Notes under the pieces: model-generated
The model's database searches: none
The model's input: the letters and a program-made list of their open reading frames with translations, nothing else
Told to the model about the DNA's origin: nothing
Made by a program: the position numbers and the translations under genes
Assembly: GCF_009914755.1 (NCBI RefSeq)
Contig: NC_060933.1
From: the human T2T-CHM13v2.0 reference genome, Homo sapiens
Strand: one strand, 5' to 3'
Length of the DNA stretch: 64,000 nt
Shown: positions 47,635-64,000 of the stretch, in pieces
Layout of the letters: the number at the start of each line of letters is the position of its first letter
How positions within the stretch are numbered: position 1 is the stretch's first letter

Positions 47635-47762
47635 ACACACACACACACACATATATGTATATATACACATATATACACACACGTGTATATATATATATAC
47701 ACACACGTGTATATATATATATACACACACGTGTATATATATATATACACACACTATATATA
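47635..47762 (+). repeat. (CA)/(TA) compound repeat with three 24-bp units containing CACGTG
   Basis: acacacacgtgtatatatatatat repeated three times; seen as an 8-aa period in the ORF track. Confidence 0.9.
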
Positions 47763-47914
47763 GCATATGAGTCCATACCTATATTTATATTTCACAGATA
47801 TGTGTTATAAACCCAAAATGATTGTCATAATTTTTGCTTTAAATTGCCTTTAATGTAATAAAGTGTGATCACTATGGAGAGGAATTTCTTGGATCACCTT
47901 CAAGAGAACATGCT

Positions 47915-48763
47915 AAAAATTGAAGAGGAAAAATCCTTCCAAACTCATTCTATAAGGTCAGCATTACCCTGATACCAAAATTAGACAAGGACTCAGCATA
48001 AAAAGAAAACTACAGGTCACTATTCCTTGTGAACATAAATGCAAAAGTCCTCAACAAAAGGCTAACAAACCAAACACTGAGGCACCTTAGAAAGCATTCA
48101 CTGTGATCAAGTGAGATTTATCCCCAGGATGCAAGGATGGTTCAACATACTCAAATCAATAAATGTGATACATCACATCAAAGAATTAAGGATGAAAATC
48201 ATGATCATTTCAATAGATACAGAAAAAGCATTTGATAAAATTCAATATTCCTTCATGATAAAAAGACACACAACCAACTAGATATGGAAGAAAGGTACCT
48301 CAACACAATAGAGGCCGTATGTGACTAACTCACAGCTAACATCATACTGAATGAGGAAAAGCTGAAAATTTCTTCTCTGATAACTGAAAGAAGACAAGGA
48401 TGCCCACCTCACCATTCTTATTAAACATAGTACTGAAAATCTTTGCCAGAGTAATTAGGCAAAGGAAATAAAGGACATCCAAATTGGAAAGGAGAAAGTC
48501 CAATTGTCCTTGTTTGCGGACCACATACTCTTATATATAGAAACCCTAAAAAGTCCACCAAAACTTTTAGAACTGATAAATAAATTCAGTAAGATTGCAG
48601 GATACAAAATCAATATGGAAAAATCAGTAGCATTTTTATATACCAACAATAAAAGAGCAGGAAAACAAATCTAATTTACAATCACTACAAACAATTAAAA
48701 TACTTAGGAATAAATTTACCAAGGAGATGAAAGTTCTGTACAAGAAAAACTACAAAACACTGA
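47915..48763 (+). mobile_element. Internal L1 ORF2 (RT region) fragment, L1PB/L1MA-like, no 3' end
   Basis: ccttccaaactcattctat...gggatgcaagg-like ccccaggatgcaaggatggttcaacatac...ttgtttgcggaccacat...aactacaaaacactgat. Confidence 0.85.
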
Positions 48764-49771
48764 TTTATATATATATATCCACCATTTTTAGTATTCTTTA
48801 TCATTTCTTATATACACAAGTACGAAAGTCATTATCTGATACTGTTTTTTTCTTTCTGGAAATGTTTCCTTTATCATTTCCTAAATTGTGTTTCATAGCA
48901 ATAAATTCTGTCAGTTTTGTTTAACTGAAAATGACTTCATTATGCCATACATTTTTTCTTTCAGCATTTTGAATATCTCAATCCAATATCTTCTGCCTTT
49001 CATTGTTTCCAATGATCATTTAGCATTAATCATATCGTGTCCCTGCATGTAACGTGTTGTTTTTTATCTTGCTGCTTTTTTTGTATTATTTTTGGCTGTT
49101 GGCAATTTTACTATGATGTGCTTGTGTGTTTATGCATGTGTATGTGTGTGTGCATGTGTGTACTCATCTGTATACTCCTTGACAGTTTTTGAACTCCTTG
49201 GATCAATAAATTAATGTTTTATTTCAACAAATTTAGGGAAAATTTGATCATTACATCTTCAAGTATTTTTCTGCCCTATACTATCTTTTTATTCTGGGAT
49301 TCTAATTGTTGGGCTGCTCAATATTCACCATAGGTCTCTGAGGCTTCTTACATTTTTTTTCAATCTTTCTCCTCTCTTTTATTTTGATTAGAAAATGTCT
49401 ATTGATCTACATTTAAGTTCGGATATTCTTTCTTCTGCCATCTCAAATCCGTTGTTGAACCCACCTAATGATTTGTTTTCACTTCAGTTGTTATACTTTT
49501 CTTCTGATCTCAAGTGTTTTAAGTTACTCTTTATAGTTTCTATTTCTCTCAGTTTTTAAATCTGTTAATTCATTAATATCATATAGTCTTAATTCTTCAA
49601 GTTTATTTGCCTTTAAATCTTTGACTACACTTGCAATAGTTTATTTGATGTTTTTGCCTACTAAATCCAACAGGTGGACACACTCAGAGTCAATTTCTAT
49701 TGACTGGGTTTTGTTTGTTTCTTTGTTTGCTTTTCTACATATATATTGATGATGCTTCTTTGCGTGTTTGA

Positions 49772-50109
<338 letters not shown>

Positions 50110-51180
50110 TGCAGATAATACATTATAGATATTCTGGAATTTGTTGGGTTCCTCTGAATACTGTCAATTGATTGTTCTAACAGGCAGTTAACATGCCTTT
50201 ACTGAAACTATGAAATCTGTCTCCCTGTGGTGTGCAGCAGCTGATATATTTGCTCATTTATCTTGGCTTCCAAGCTATTGCTTTTTAAGGCACATCTTCC
50301 AGGTATTTCCCATATCTGCATATCTTTAGTGGCCAGCCAAAAGTTAGGGTAGACTCTGTCCTCAGATTTGGGGGCGCTTAGCCTCTCTGTGATTTTCATG
50401 ATCCCAGGATTTCTCACTTAATTTTCTGATTCCTTTATCAGCTCTTGTTGCTACTTGAACACTGTAAGCCAAGACGGTTTCACTGAAATTCTGTATGGGT
50501 TGAAAAATAACTCAGTCAAAGGTGAAGAAAACACACAAATCATATTAGGAGTAGTTCTTTTATTTCAACTGTAGACCTTTTCAGTTTTTGCTTATTCTTT
50601 TGATGAGCTCTCTGAGGTCCTCCGTGTGAGTAGTTTATTGACCAGCTAGGGATTAGAGCAGCCTTATTACTCAAATTTTAGATATAAGTCTTTCAGTGGC
50701 TTTCTGACTTCAAAAACTCTCTTTTAAATTTCCAGTATTTCCTTTGCTCTGTCATCTTTACCCTCAAACCAACAAGGCTGTTGTTTCCCATCATCCAATC
50801 TGTGAGGATTCGGCAAGACACTGGGATAAGAAAGCCACAATCTCCTGGTTCTTCTTTGGTGCATGACAGTCTCTGAAGCATAAGCTTTCCTCCAGTTTTA
50901 ACCTGCTCTTTATTATTTTGCTCATCTTTAAATTTTTTTAAACTAATGTCCAGTTTTTAAACTATATTTAAATGTATAATTAATACAGTAATTGTACATA
51001 ATATACAAGCATTGTAACATCACACTGTATCTTGATGTTCTCCAGTTTTTATCATTATTTTCTGTGAAAGAAATCACCTGTCCTCATCATGCAGTCATTA
51101 TTAGAAGTCATGCCCTGATTTAATAGTCTTTCTTGTGCTATGTTTCATTTATATGTATAGATAAAATTATATAATATATT

Positions 51181-51511
<331 letters not shown>

Positions 51512-53443
51512 TTAGAATCAGTATGATGTTTATTCCAAATTAGTGAAATAAATTTTAAAGAATTCCTTCCTTTTGTTTTAAATAACTAAGCTACATAGAA
51601 ACTGCATTTTAAAAAATTTAAAGACCTTTCTATTAAACACTCTGGGCGTTGCTGTCTCTGTATTACTTGAATAGTTTTCACATTACATCCGTGGGTACTT
51701 TCAACATATGCTTACATCAGTCTTGATAATTTATATTTATTTCAGAAGTAATTTTCTATATATTTTAAAGTTTATTAGCAAAGCATTGCACATTACATTC
51801 TTTCATCCATCATTCTTTCATCTTTTCATCCATATATAGTTTCTCTGTATCCACGGTTATAAGTTATTTCTGTTTCCTATCATGGTTTATTTGAGTTTTC
51901 TCCTATTTTCGATTACTCTCGTTTAATTTGGTTGTTTATATATGAGTCCTGTTCTTTAGGCTGTGAACACCCTGAAGTCAGGCATTATGCTTTGCCTACT
52001 TCTATCACTAAAACACCAGTACAGTGCCTTTCACATTGTACGTCTTTACTTACTGTGTGTTCAACTGAACTGCAAACGCCTGGAGTTATTTATGGAGAAA
52101 CTCTCCATTAAGCCAATCCAAAATGATTCATTAAACGTTAGCATTTACATGGGACAACATAGTTTCATTTTACAAATTATGAAACTGAGAGAAGAGTTGG
52201 TTTGCCCAAGGTTAGTTACACAGCAAGTTTGTGGTAGAACAGACTTCTTCCCAGCAAACCATGCTGTCTTCCTAAATTGAGTTAAATCTAAGACAGTCTC
52301 GATTACCATCTCTTCCATACATATATATTCAAGTAAAATCAGTAATGATTCCAACACAATTTCCAGCTCTAAAATTACAAAAGTCTTTCTGTTAGTATTC
52401 TGCTTTGTGAAATTACTTTTTGTTATTAATGACACCTACACTGGGGCTCCGGGTTCTCAGTATTGTGTCATCCCAGGAACATGTCAGTGTGTGGTGGATG
52501 TGGCTAATTTACAGATTCTTTGCAACTTTGTAGAGAATTGCCCTGCCAGTTTTGGCAAGAAGGCTTGGTGTATTAAAATTGGAGCCCACCGTCGAAGGTA
52601 AATAATGTCTATGGGTGTCCCATTAAGAAAATGTGTATCAATTGGGGGAAATAAATAAGCTATTTCTTTTCTTTTGGCCATATTAATATCTATTTGTATC
52701 TATATGACAAAAACATAGACTATTAAAGATAGGACTAAACTGGAAGTTGGGAAACTGGGCACTAGACCAAATTTTGCCACTAACTTGCTAGCGACTTATT
52801 TCCTTTCTAGAAATCACAAATTCCTCATCTTTAATTTGAACCACTTAAAAATAGGTACACAGAGTTTGAACATACCTTAGAGGTATTTTAGGGGGCTCTA
52901 TTTAATAGATAAGCCCAGAAAAGTTTTCAGAAGTCATGTCTTTGCCTAACCCTAAAAAAATAAGAAGGAAGAGCAGTTTTTAAGAGAAGTTTTCCTATAA
53001 ACTCTGCCATTAATTTGGGATCCAAAAAGTAATGCTACTATTCCAATAGAAGCCATCCTCCAAGTTGCACAAGAAAGAATAGAAAATATGTTCTAAATAT
53101 TCAAATGACTAAGAAATCACTTTTGGCATTTTTGTTTTAAGGTGATGAGAGGAAACATGTGAAAAGGTTTTATAAGAGTAGTGACATTAGAGATAGTCCT
53201 TGAGAAATGAATACGATTTTCACATTTACGTATTAATTCATTCACTTCTCTAGTTCTTTGTTTATTTAGTACATAATTGTTGAAACTATATGTTGTACCC
53301 ACACTATGCTAGCCATTGAGGATAGGATGGTGAGCATAATGGAACTTGCAGTCTAGGTGAGGACATAGACACTAATCCAATGATCACATACATGTGTCAT
53401 TACCAATGATTGTAACTATTACATAATAAGAAATGTTTAATAT

Positions 53444-54039
53444 TTGTGGAAAGCAGTGTGGCAATTTCTCAAATAACTTAAAACAGAATTACCTTTGAAC
53501 CCAGCAATCCCATTATTGGGTATATAGCCAAAGGAATATAATTTGTTCTACCATAAAGATATATACACATGCATGTTTTTTGCAGCACCATTCACAACAG
53601 CAGAGACATGGAAACACCCTAAATGCCCATTATTGGTAGACTGAATAAACAAAATTTGGTACATATACACAATGGAGTACTATGCAGCCATAAAAAAGAA
53701 CAAGATTATATCCTTTGCAGCAAAATGGAAGGAGATGGAAACCATTATCCTAAGTAAACTAACAAAGGAACAGAAAACTAAATACTGTATTTTCTCACTT
53801 ATAAATCGGAGCTAAACAGCAAGAATGCATGGACACAAAGAGGGGAAAACAGATACTAGGTCTGCTTGAGGGTAGAGAGTGGGGGGAGGGACAGGATAAA
53901 AAAAAATACCTCTTGGATATTGTAGTTTTTACCCAGGTGACAATAATATGTATACCAAACCCCTGTGACACGTAGTTTACCTATATGACAATCCTCCACA
54001 TGTACTGCCAAACCTAAAATAAAAGCTAAGAAACAAAAA
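53444..54039 (+). mobile_element. L1PA15/16-like 3' end inserted in an antisense L2
   Basis: gtggaaagcagtgtggc...cccagcaatcccattattggg...aacctaaaataaaag. Decayed TSD aagaaatgtttaatat and aggaaatgttcagtgt. Confidence 0.85.
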
Positions 54040-55099
54040 AGGAAATGTTCAGTGTAACTTGATGTGATCCAATGAGAGTGGGGAAGGGTGTCCAATGCAT
54101 GAAGAAGTAACACATGCATTGATGTCTACAGTGACTGAGTTAAATGGAAGTCAGAGAGTTTGGTAGAAGGACTGTCATGTGCAAAAGCCCTGAAGAGAGG
54201 GAGCATGATGTCTGTGGAATAGAAACAAGGTCAGTTAAATAGAGTCAATAATCAAGAAGGGACAATAGGAAGGGATATTCTGGGCTACGGAATAGATATG
54301 GGGGAAAAAAAGGCATAAACTTTCCTTAGAAATACAGGTAATTGCATTTGGTAAGGGCTTTGAATACCGGAGGAAGTAAATTGGGAGTTGGTGAGGGAAA
54401 AGTGAGTTGAGTTTGTATTGTAGAGAGGTTTAGTTGACAGGTTAAATAATTCCAGCATAGACACCATGTGTTAAAGAGAGATTCAGAAAACTTATTGACC
54501 TTAGAGTGTGCTTTTACAAACTTACACTTATTGCCAGGTGAAGAGATTACAAAGAAAGGAAAAAAAAAATAACTTCACTGTAAGAAATGGGCTCTGTGAG
54601 AGCCACAATGTATACAGACAGCTGGATGAGTATCTGCACTGATATTACTGCACATCTTGTGCGTTCTTTTATGTGGCTAGTTGCAAAAATGTGTGAGGAA
54701 TGGAAGCTTAGCCTCTTCCTTTTCATCACGGATGCTGTTTGTTGTTGCTTTCTGCCCTTTTTTCTTCCTTGAGGTGTCACCCAAGCAGTACAAAGTGACA
54801 TGAGAAAAATAAAAGCATCTCTTTTTCATAGTTGGGTTGTAGTAACAGATGGTCATGTTCACTCAGCAAAGACAAATAGCTCGAATGATAAACACAACAG
54901 GGTTGAGAGGTGCAGGAGGGAGATTTTTGCCAGCATCCTCACTCATAGCTGGCTCTGGAAAGAGAACAATCATCTTTTACATTTTAGTTCTTGCAAAGGA
55001 GGGGAATTTGAATACCTGTGCTGGAAAGAATGTGAGCTCACTAGAGAGAGGAGGAGTCTGTTAAGGTACATGTTTCATCACACCATGGGAAGTAAGCTC

Positions 55100-55850
55100 C
55101 ACCCACACCCCCTCAGCTTCTACATTCAATCTCGTACCAAGGCCCGACAAGTTTGTTTCTTAAATTTCTGTCTGCCTCTCCTCAACAAAATCCAAGTATT
55201 CAGGCCTCCATAATCTTTTCTATGTTATTTCAAAAGCCTCCCGAATAATTCCCTCTTCTCTGCAACTGCTTCCTTGCTTCCTAGTATCTATGCTGCTATT
55301 TGTCATCTTTCTAAGATGGAAATTTGATCATGTTGCTCTCCCATTTAAAATCTTACACAGGTTCCCTGTTGCATTCAGTCTATAACTCAAATTTCTGAAT
55401 CTGGCATAAAGGAATCAGCCCCTTCCTACCTTGGAGCCTCATCCCTGCCCAACACTGCTCCAACACAGACATGCACACACTTCTGCTCAGTGACTGATGT
55501 TCTATTTTCAGTTCCATGAAGGTTCTTCATGATCTGAGCCCCGTGGTTTCCCATTCTGATTTGATTTTACTAGAGTAGCTTTCCTTGCTCCTGCTCACCC
55601 ATTAAGACCCCATTCAACATCTCCTCTCTATGAGGTCCACTTTGAGCTTGCCTTTAAGAACATTGAATAATTAATTACTCCCTTTTAACAATCACGTCTT
55701 TTACATTTATCTGTCATCTCAACAATAATAATTGTATTATAAGTATTTGTTAATGTGGCAATATCCCCATTATTTGGGGCTCCCTGGAGAAAATGGCAAA
55801 ACTTTGTTAGTCACCATTTATCTCTATAGTGTATTATGGGCTCTCACAAT
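55100..55850 (+). mobile_element. L2 3' region
   Basis: tctttctaagatggaaatttgatcatgttgctctccc...taaaatctt...aaatttctgaatctggcataaagg. Confidence 0.6.
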
Positions 55851-56772
55851 AACAATATTATAGCTAATATTTATGAAGAGTTACTGTGAGACAGGAATTG
55901 TCCTCAGGCCCTCTTTCAATGGCATGGCATTAGGACCTCAATATTGTCTTTTTAAATTCAAGTTGCTCATCACATAAGGTATGATCCATTTGCTGATTCA
56001 CAAATTATGAGGATAAATTATGTCCTTGAAGTATAAACTCAGCTAAGGACTTGAGATTAAAGGAACAATTTAAAGACAGATGGAAGAGTTGTGTGTCTGC
56101 CATACAAGACATTCAGTCTAATTTGAGAAGTATTGATTAAATACCTGCTGTGTACCCAATCATGTACTAAGCAATTAACCAAGTGTTTGCTTCAACAGAG
56201 ATGTTCCACGTTATTCAAAGTCAATTTTTTCAGTCTGTAAATGAAAATAAACTAGTATTTTTACAATAATGTTTTAATCGTATGCACATAAAAGATCATA
56301 GCAAGGACTCAATACAGTACTGAGGTCTGAGTTCAATGCTTGGCATACGATGTAAGAGAAAGAGAATTGGCTTAGGAATCAGCAGAATTCCAGTCCCTAT
56401 TCTGCTACTTTCTAACTAGCAGAAGTTTGGGCCAGATTCCCTGTCTCTCTGTCTATCAGTTTCACCACCTAGAAATGGAGAAAAGTGGGTTATTTTGCCT
56501 CTTCCATCTTTGATACATTCCATGGCTCTACAGCTCCCTCCTCAAAAGATTCTCTAAAAATGCTGCTTTCATTACCTTGTATTAAAGTAATTCCCCTTCT
56601 AATCTTTCAGATCTACACACCAAGAGAAGCTGCTAGTGCTATCAGGGGTTTCTGTTCTAAGGTTAATCATAAGACATTTTTGGAGAGGAAGATATATCCA
56701 TGAGACCAAAACAGAGACCAGTGAAGAACCCATTTCTGACCCTGTGTTATTCTCATGTCATGTATTGTTAGA

Positions 56773-59267
<2,495 letters not shown>

Positions 59268-59457
59268 TTAGACAAGGTACTAAAGAGGTTAGATAGGTGG
59301 CCCTGAAGTTAAAATGTCTAAAATAATATCCCAGTTCTGCAAACTGTGTGCCTTGAGGTAAGAAACTCAGCCTCTTTGTGCCTCATTTTTCTCAAATTCA
59401 AAAGATGGATAATAATGTTACCTATAGCATAAGCTTATTTTTTAGTAAATTCATTTA

Positions 59458-60545
59458 CAGGCATTACTTGTTTTATTGTGCTTTGCTTTAGTGCACTTTG
59501 AATATACTGTGTTTTTCTTGAATTGCAAGTTTATGGCAACCTCACGTGAAGCAAGTGTATCTAGTGTCACCACTTTCCCCATAGCATGTGCTCCCTTTGA
59601 GGCTCTGTGTCACAGTTTTGTAATTCTCATGATATTTTGAACCTTTTCATTATTATTATATCTGTTTTGGTGATCCGTGATCTTCGATGTTACTATTGTA
59701 ATTGTTTTGGGGCCCAACAAACCATGCCCATATAAGACAGCAAACTTAATTGATAAATGAATATGTTTTGACTGCTCCCCTGATCACCCCTTCCCCCATC
59801 TCTTTCCCTCTCCTTGGGCCTCCTTATTCATTGAGACAAAACAATATTGAAATTAGGCCAATCGACAATCTTACAATGGCTCTTTATTGTTCAAGTGAAA
59901 GGAAGAGTCGCATGTCCCTCACTTTAAATCAAAACTAGAAATGATTAAGCTTAGTGAGGAAGGCATGTTGAAAGTGAAGAGAGGCCAACAGCTATGCCTT
60001 TTGCATCAAATGGTTGGCCAAGTTGCAAATGCAAAGAAAAAGTTATTGAAGTACACTAAACCTGCTACTCCAGAGAACATATGAATGATAAGAAAGCAAA
60101 ACAGAATTATTGTTGATATGGAGAAAGTTTTAGTGGTCTCGATAGAAGATCAAACAGCTACAACATTCCCTTAAGCCAAAGCCTAATCCAGAGCAAGGCC
60201 CTATTTCTCTTCAAGTCTGTGAAGGATGAGAGAGTTGAGGAAGCTGCAGAAGAAAAGTTTGATCAGTCAGCATGCATCAACATCAAGGCAAGACTTCCAA
60301 TAGTAAAAAGATAACTTGCTAAAGGTTCAGATGATTGTTAGCATTTTTGGCAATAAAGTATCTTTATTTAAGGTATGTACTTTGGTTTTTTTAGACACAA
60401 TGCTATTGTACACTTACTGAACTAGAGTGTAAACACAACATTTATATGTACTGAGAAATAAGACTTTGTGTGACATGCTTTATTGTGGTGTTTGGTTTAT
60501 TGCAATAGTCTGGTGCAAAATCTCCAACATTCCCAAAGTAGCCTG
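59458..60545 (+). mobile_element. Tigger1, internally deleted (1088 bp), inserted in a MIR
   Basis: Ends caggcat and tagcctg with TA on both sides. Retains the 5' part of the transposase pseudogene (gttcaagtgaaaggaagagtcgc, cacaacatt-like caacattcccttaagccaaagcctaatccag). Confidence 0.9.
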
Positions 60546-62864
60546 TATAGTGAGCCTGTATCATGTTTAGAATAATTTTTGCGCATATTGAGAGCTCCTT
60601 AAATATCATTATTATTATTGTTTATGTTATTAATCAAGGTGCTACTTATCATATAAGAAAATTAACATCCAGGGAAGTGATACGACATTTCCACAGTCAG
60701 AAAGCAATTCCTTCATCAGAAAATAACACTAAAAATTTAAAAAATAATAATTGTAACAGCAACAAAGATTTGTATAACCTTTTAGGTTTGCAAGTGCCAT
60801 CAGATAGGAACACTTATTCCACTTACAAGAGAAGAACCAGAGAGGTTAAGAGATCTCTTCAAGGTTGCCAAGTAATTCGTAATAAAGCTAGGATATAAAC
60901 CTGGATAATCAATGTCACAGCTCTCTCTGTTTCTTTAAAATCACAAGGTTGAGAGTAGATATAAGCCCCCACTCACATTCCCTTGTGCCTCCCTAAGTCC
61001 TTGACACCTGTATCAGTTCCATAAGAAAGGTTTGGGAAGTTAGGAGATGAGAGTATAACAAGGTCAACATATCTATCAGAGTGTCTGTTCATCTGCCTAT
61101 CAATCATTTGTCTTCCAGTTACTGTCTGTGGATCTGGGGGATATTAAGCCCTGATTGAACTTAGCAGAATGTGCTTCCTCTCTCTCCAGAGTACTGCTAC
61201 AGTCTGTCTGCCTCCCCCAGTGCTCCTTTGAGCCCACCGGGAAACCTTGAATTCTCCTCTGAAACTCTGAGCCCATGCCCCCAAGCAGATATCCAAGGAC
61301 ATTTGCTCACTTAATGGTCTGCTCAAGACGTTTGAGGATGCACACTATCTCCCTATCAGCCTTCTGAAACATGCATTATCCATCCGTCCTTGAAGCAGGT
61401 CCCCTGGTGCAGTGATTAAAACAGTCCTGTGTTGGATAAACCCAGTGCAATTTTCCAAAAGTCATCATCTCTGCATTTCCCCTGCTACAGCAGAGCACCT
61501 TGCCTCCAATCTCTGGGCTTGCTCGTTTGTTTTCCTTCAGACAATCTTAGAGACACTCTTTCAGTGACCTCTGCTAAGGGAAGAGAACAGTACGCACATA
61601 TCCAACATTATGCAGACACAGTGACAAATTGGTCTATTTTTTATGCTTGACAGAAATGGGAGGGGTGGGAAACAGAAGACACATATCAACTCACGATATC
61701 TTTGACCACTGGTAGACAGAGTTTGGAAAAAACTTGTTTTTATTCTTTCTTTTTTTCTTAAGTTTCCTTCCTTATATCTGTTCCCAGCCTCTTCCTTTAA
61801 TTAGTCCTGGAATGTGACAACAGTAGGCTGCAATCCTAGTAGATATGAAGCAATATGACCAAGATAAATTATTTAGTACTCTCCTAAACCATCTTCTCTT
61901 CCTAACCTCTCCCCCAAGCCTGTCCTTAGTGAGTAAAACAATCATTGTCCAGTTAATCTGGTATTCAAATGCTGGATGCATTTCCACTCCACTCTCTACT
62001 TTTTTCCTCATGTCATTAAGTCCTATTGATTCTTCCTTAGAAACATATTTTTTTGTTCACCTCTCTTCGCATTTCTACATTGTGTCCCTAGTACGGGTTT
62101 ATGAAGGGATGATTCCCCTACATCTGCATTTGTGTAAGTTTTGTTATTTCAACAACTTTTTGTTGCACTGCATAATCACTTATTGTTTTGAATCATATTG
62201 TAATGAATGTAAAGCACTCTTGGACTGATTATCCCTCCTTGCCTGTATGGTGTTGTATGCATGTTCTTCCCTGAAAGGCACAGTCATTCAGGGTTTCATT
62301 GTGTATAGTGTCTCTCAAACCAGAAAGCAACCAAAAGGATGAATGGTAGATGGGTGGAGAATTTATCTTTAGTGATCTTCATCATAAAGGGATCATGGTG
62401 GCTGGGAGATAATTCTATGCAGTTAATTGTAACATTGAATTGTTCACTTTGAAATAGATTAGGAGATGCAAAGAAAGAAATCAGAAAAGTGATCAGCTAC
62501 ATCACTCCTTCCTCTGGGTGGCTATCTTCCTTATTCCCTGTGCTCTTACTGAGCCCGTCCCACCATACTCTCATAACTCCTTATTGATGTACTCCCATAC
62601 ACACAAGATACTGGACTCCTTGTGGAAAAAAAAATTCTGCCTTTTCTGACCAATATATCCTCAGCCTCTACAGAATTTCTCAGTGTTTCTGAATAGATGC
62701 TTGATGCTTTTTGAATTGAGTTGAATTGTGATAGTCATTGGGGCTAGAGACTTTGTAACTTAACTTTCATTTTAAAACTTCCCTTTTTCCTCTCTTGAGT
62801 TTATTTTTATTTTGCTTCTTTCTTTTGAAGTATTTTTCTCTTCTTTCTTTTTTTTAAGAATCCT

Positions 62865-63188
<324 letters not shown>

Positions 63189-63361
63189 CTATCTGGTCTC
63201 AGCTCTATTAATGAGAAATAGAAAGAAGGAGAATTGTGTACCAACTGGTGGGCCAAAGCATCGTACTGGAGGAGTATATTGCTTGGAAATTATTGCACTC
63301 CAAGCAGGAAACCATAGAAGGAGACAAAACTCCTCGAAAAGTATGAGATCACCTGTGCAGA

Positions 63362-63790
63362 GTGTTAGTTACTATAGTTATGTTTGCAAGTAAAAAAGAA
63401 AAGCTCCAATGTAAACTAACTTATTCAATGATAGTATTTATTATTCACATTATGAAATTTCTGAATGTAGGGTAGACTTCCTTGCAAATAGATTCAGTGT
63501 CTTCAAGAACTGGAATCTTTTCTGTCCCTCCTCTTTATTACTTTTGAAATATGAACTTTAATATCAGACTCACTTCCTAAAGTTCAGAACATGGGGAAAA
63601 TGCGATGTTGTTTTTCTCTGTGTACCTTGACCAGGGAACAAAATTCCCAATCTTGAAATGTGCTTCTTCCTTTAGCCTATTTTGGATGTGTGCCTACCTT
63701 TCGATGAATAAGAGGCACCAACACAATGAGATACACTCATTGGCTTGTTGGATTCCTGAACCCATCAATGGTAAAGAGAGAAGAGTCAGC
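63362..63790 (-). mobile_element. Old MLT1-type LTR
   Basis: tgttagtt...ttgcaagtaaaaaagaaaa...tttattattcacat...cattggc...ttcctgaacccatca. Confidence 0.5.
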
Positions 63791-63805
63791 ATGATTTACT
63801 AAAAA

Positions 63806-64000
63806 CAAGATTTCTCAACCACGGCACTATTGACATTTAGGAACCAGTCAATTCTTGGTCCTGGGGGTGCTATTCTGAACATTGAAGAAGCATTATCCCT
63901 AGCTTGCTAGATGACAATAGCACTCCTCACCACTTATGACAAATAAAAAAAATCTCCAAACATTGCCATATGTTCTCTTGGGGGTAAAGTTGTCCCTGGG
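63806..64000 (-). mobile_element. MER20 (hAT-Charlie), runs off the window end
   Basis: tttctcaaccacggcactattgacattt...aatctccaaacattgccatatgttctcttggggg. Confidence 0.8.

Noticed and set aside
47501-47810. Repetitive peptides (YIYTRVCI)n
   Set aside because: Translation of the CA/TA microsatellite.
54800-55213. 137-aa ORF
   Set aside because: No recognisable homology or exon structure, and its 3' part enters L2-like sequence.

Overview
Primate (human-like) genomic DNA, intronic or intergenic. I can support no host protein-coding gene, RNA gene or CRISPR array. Every long ORF in the track comes from LINE-1 ORF1/ORF2, Alu or Tigger, or is a chance ORF. The window is a dense record of transposable elements. 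There is a three-level L1 nest at 1-11.6 kb (old L1M containing an L1PA15/16-like copy, which contains a 4.8 kb L1PA3/4-like copy, both with readable TSDs). It also holds about 12 Alus (including a very young 5'-truncated AluY), a MER21 LTR, a two-LTR MSTB MaLR element, Tigger1, Tigger2a, MER30, MER33, MER20, MER5, MLT1 LTRs, and many L2/MIR relics. Subfamily names come from my recall of consensus sequences, not from a search. I found no new gene system. The most notable unexplained structure is a set of locally templated insertion or fold-back scars (3644-3671, 10775-10916, 40865-40907, 57010-57072) plus a duplication spanning an L1/LTR junction (9513-9863). Also notable are an in-frame L1 ORF2-ORF1 fusion, an old L1 with a twin-priming-type inversion, a tailless internal L1 fragment, and a few repeat-free, motif-dense candidate enhancers.
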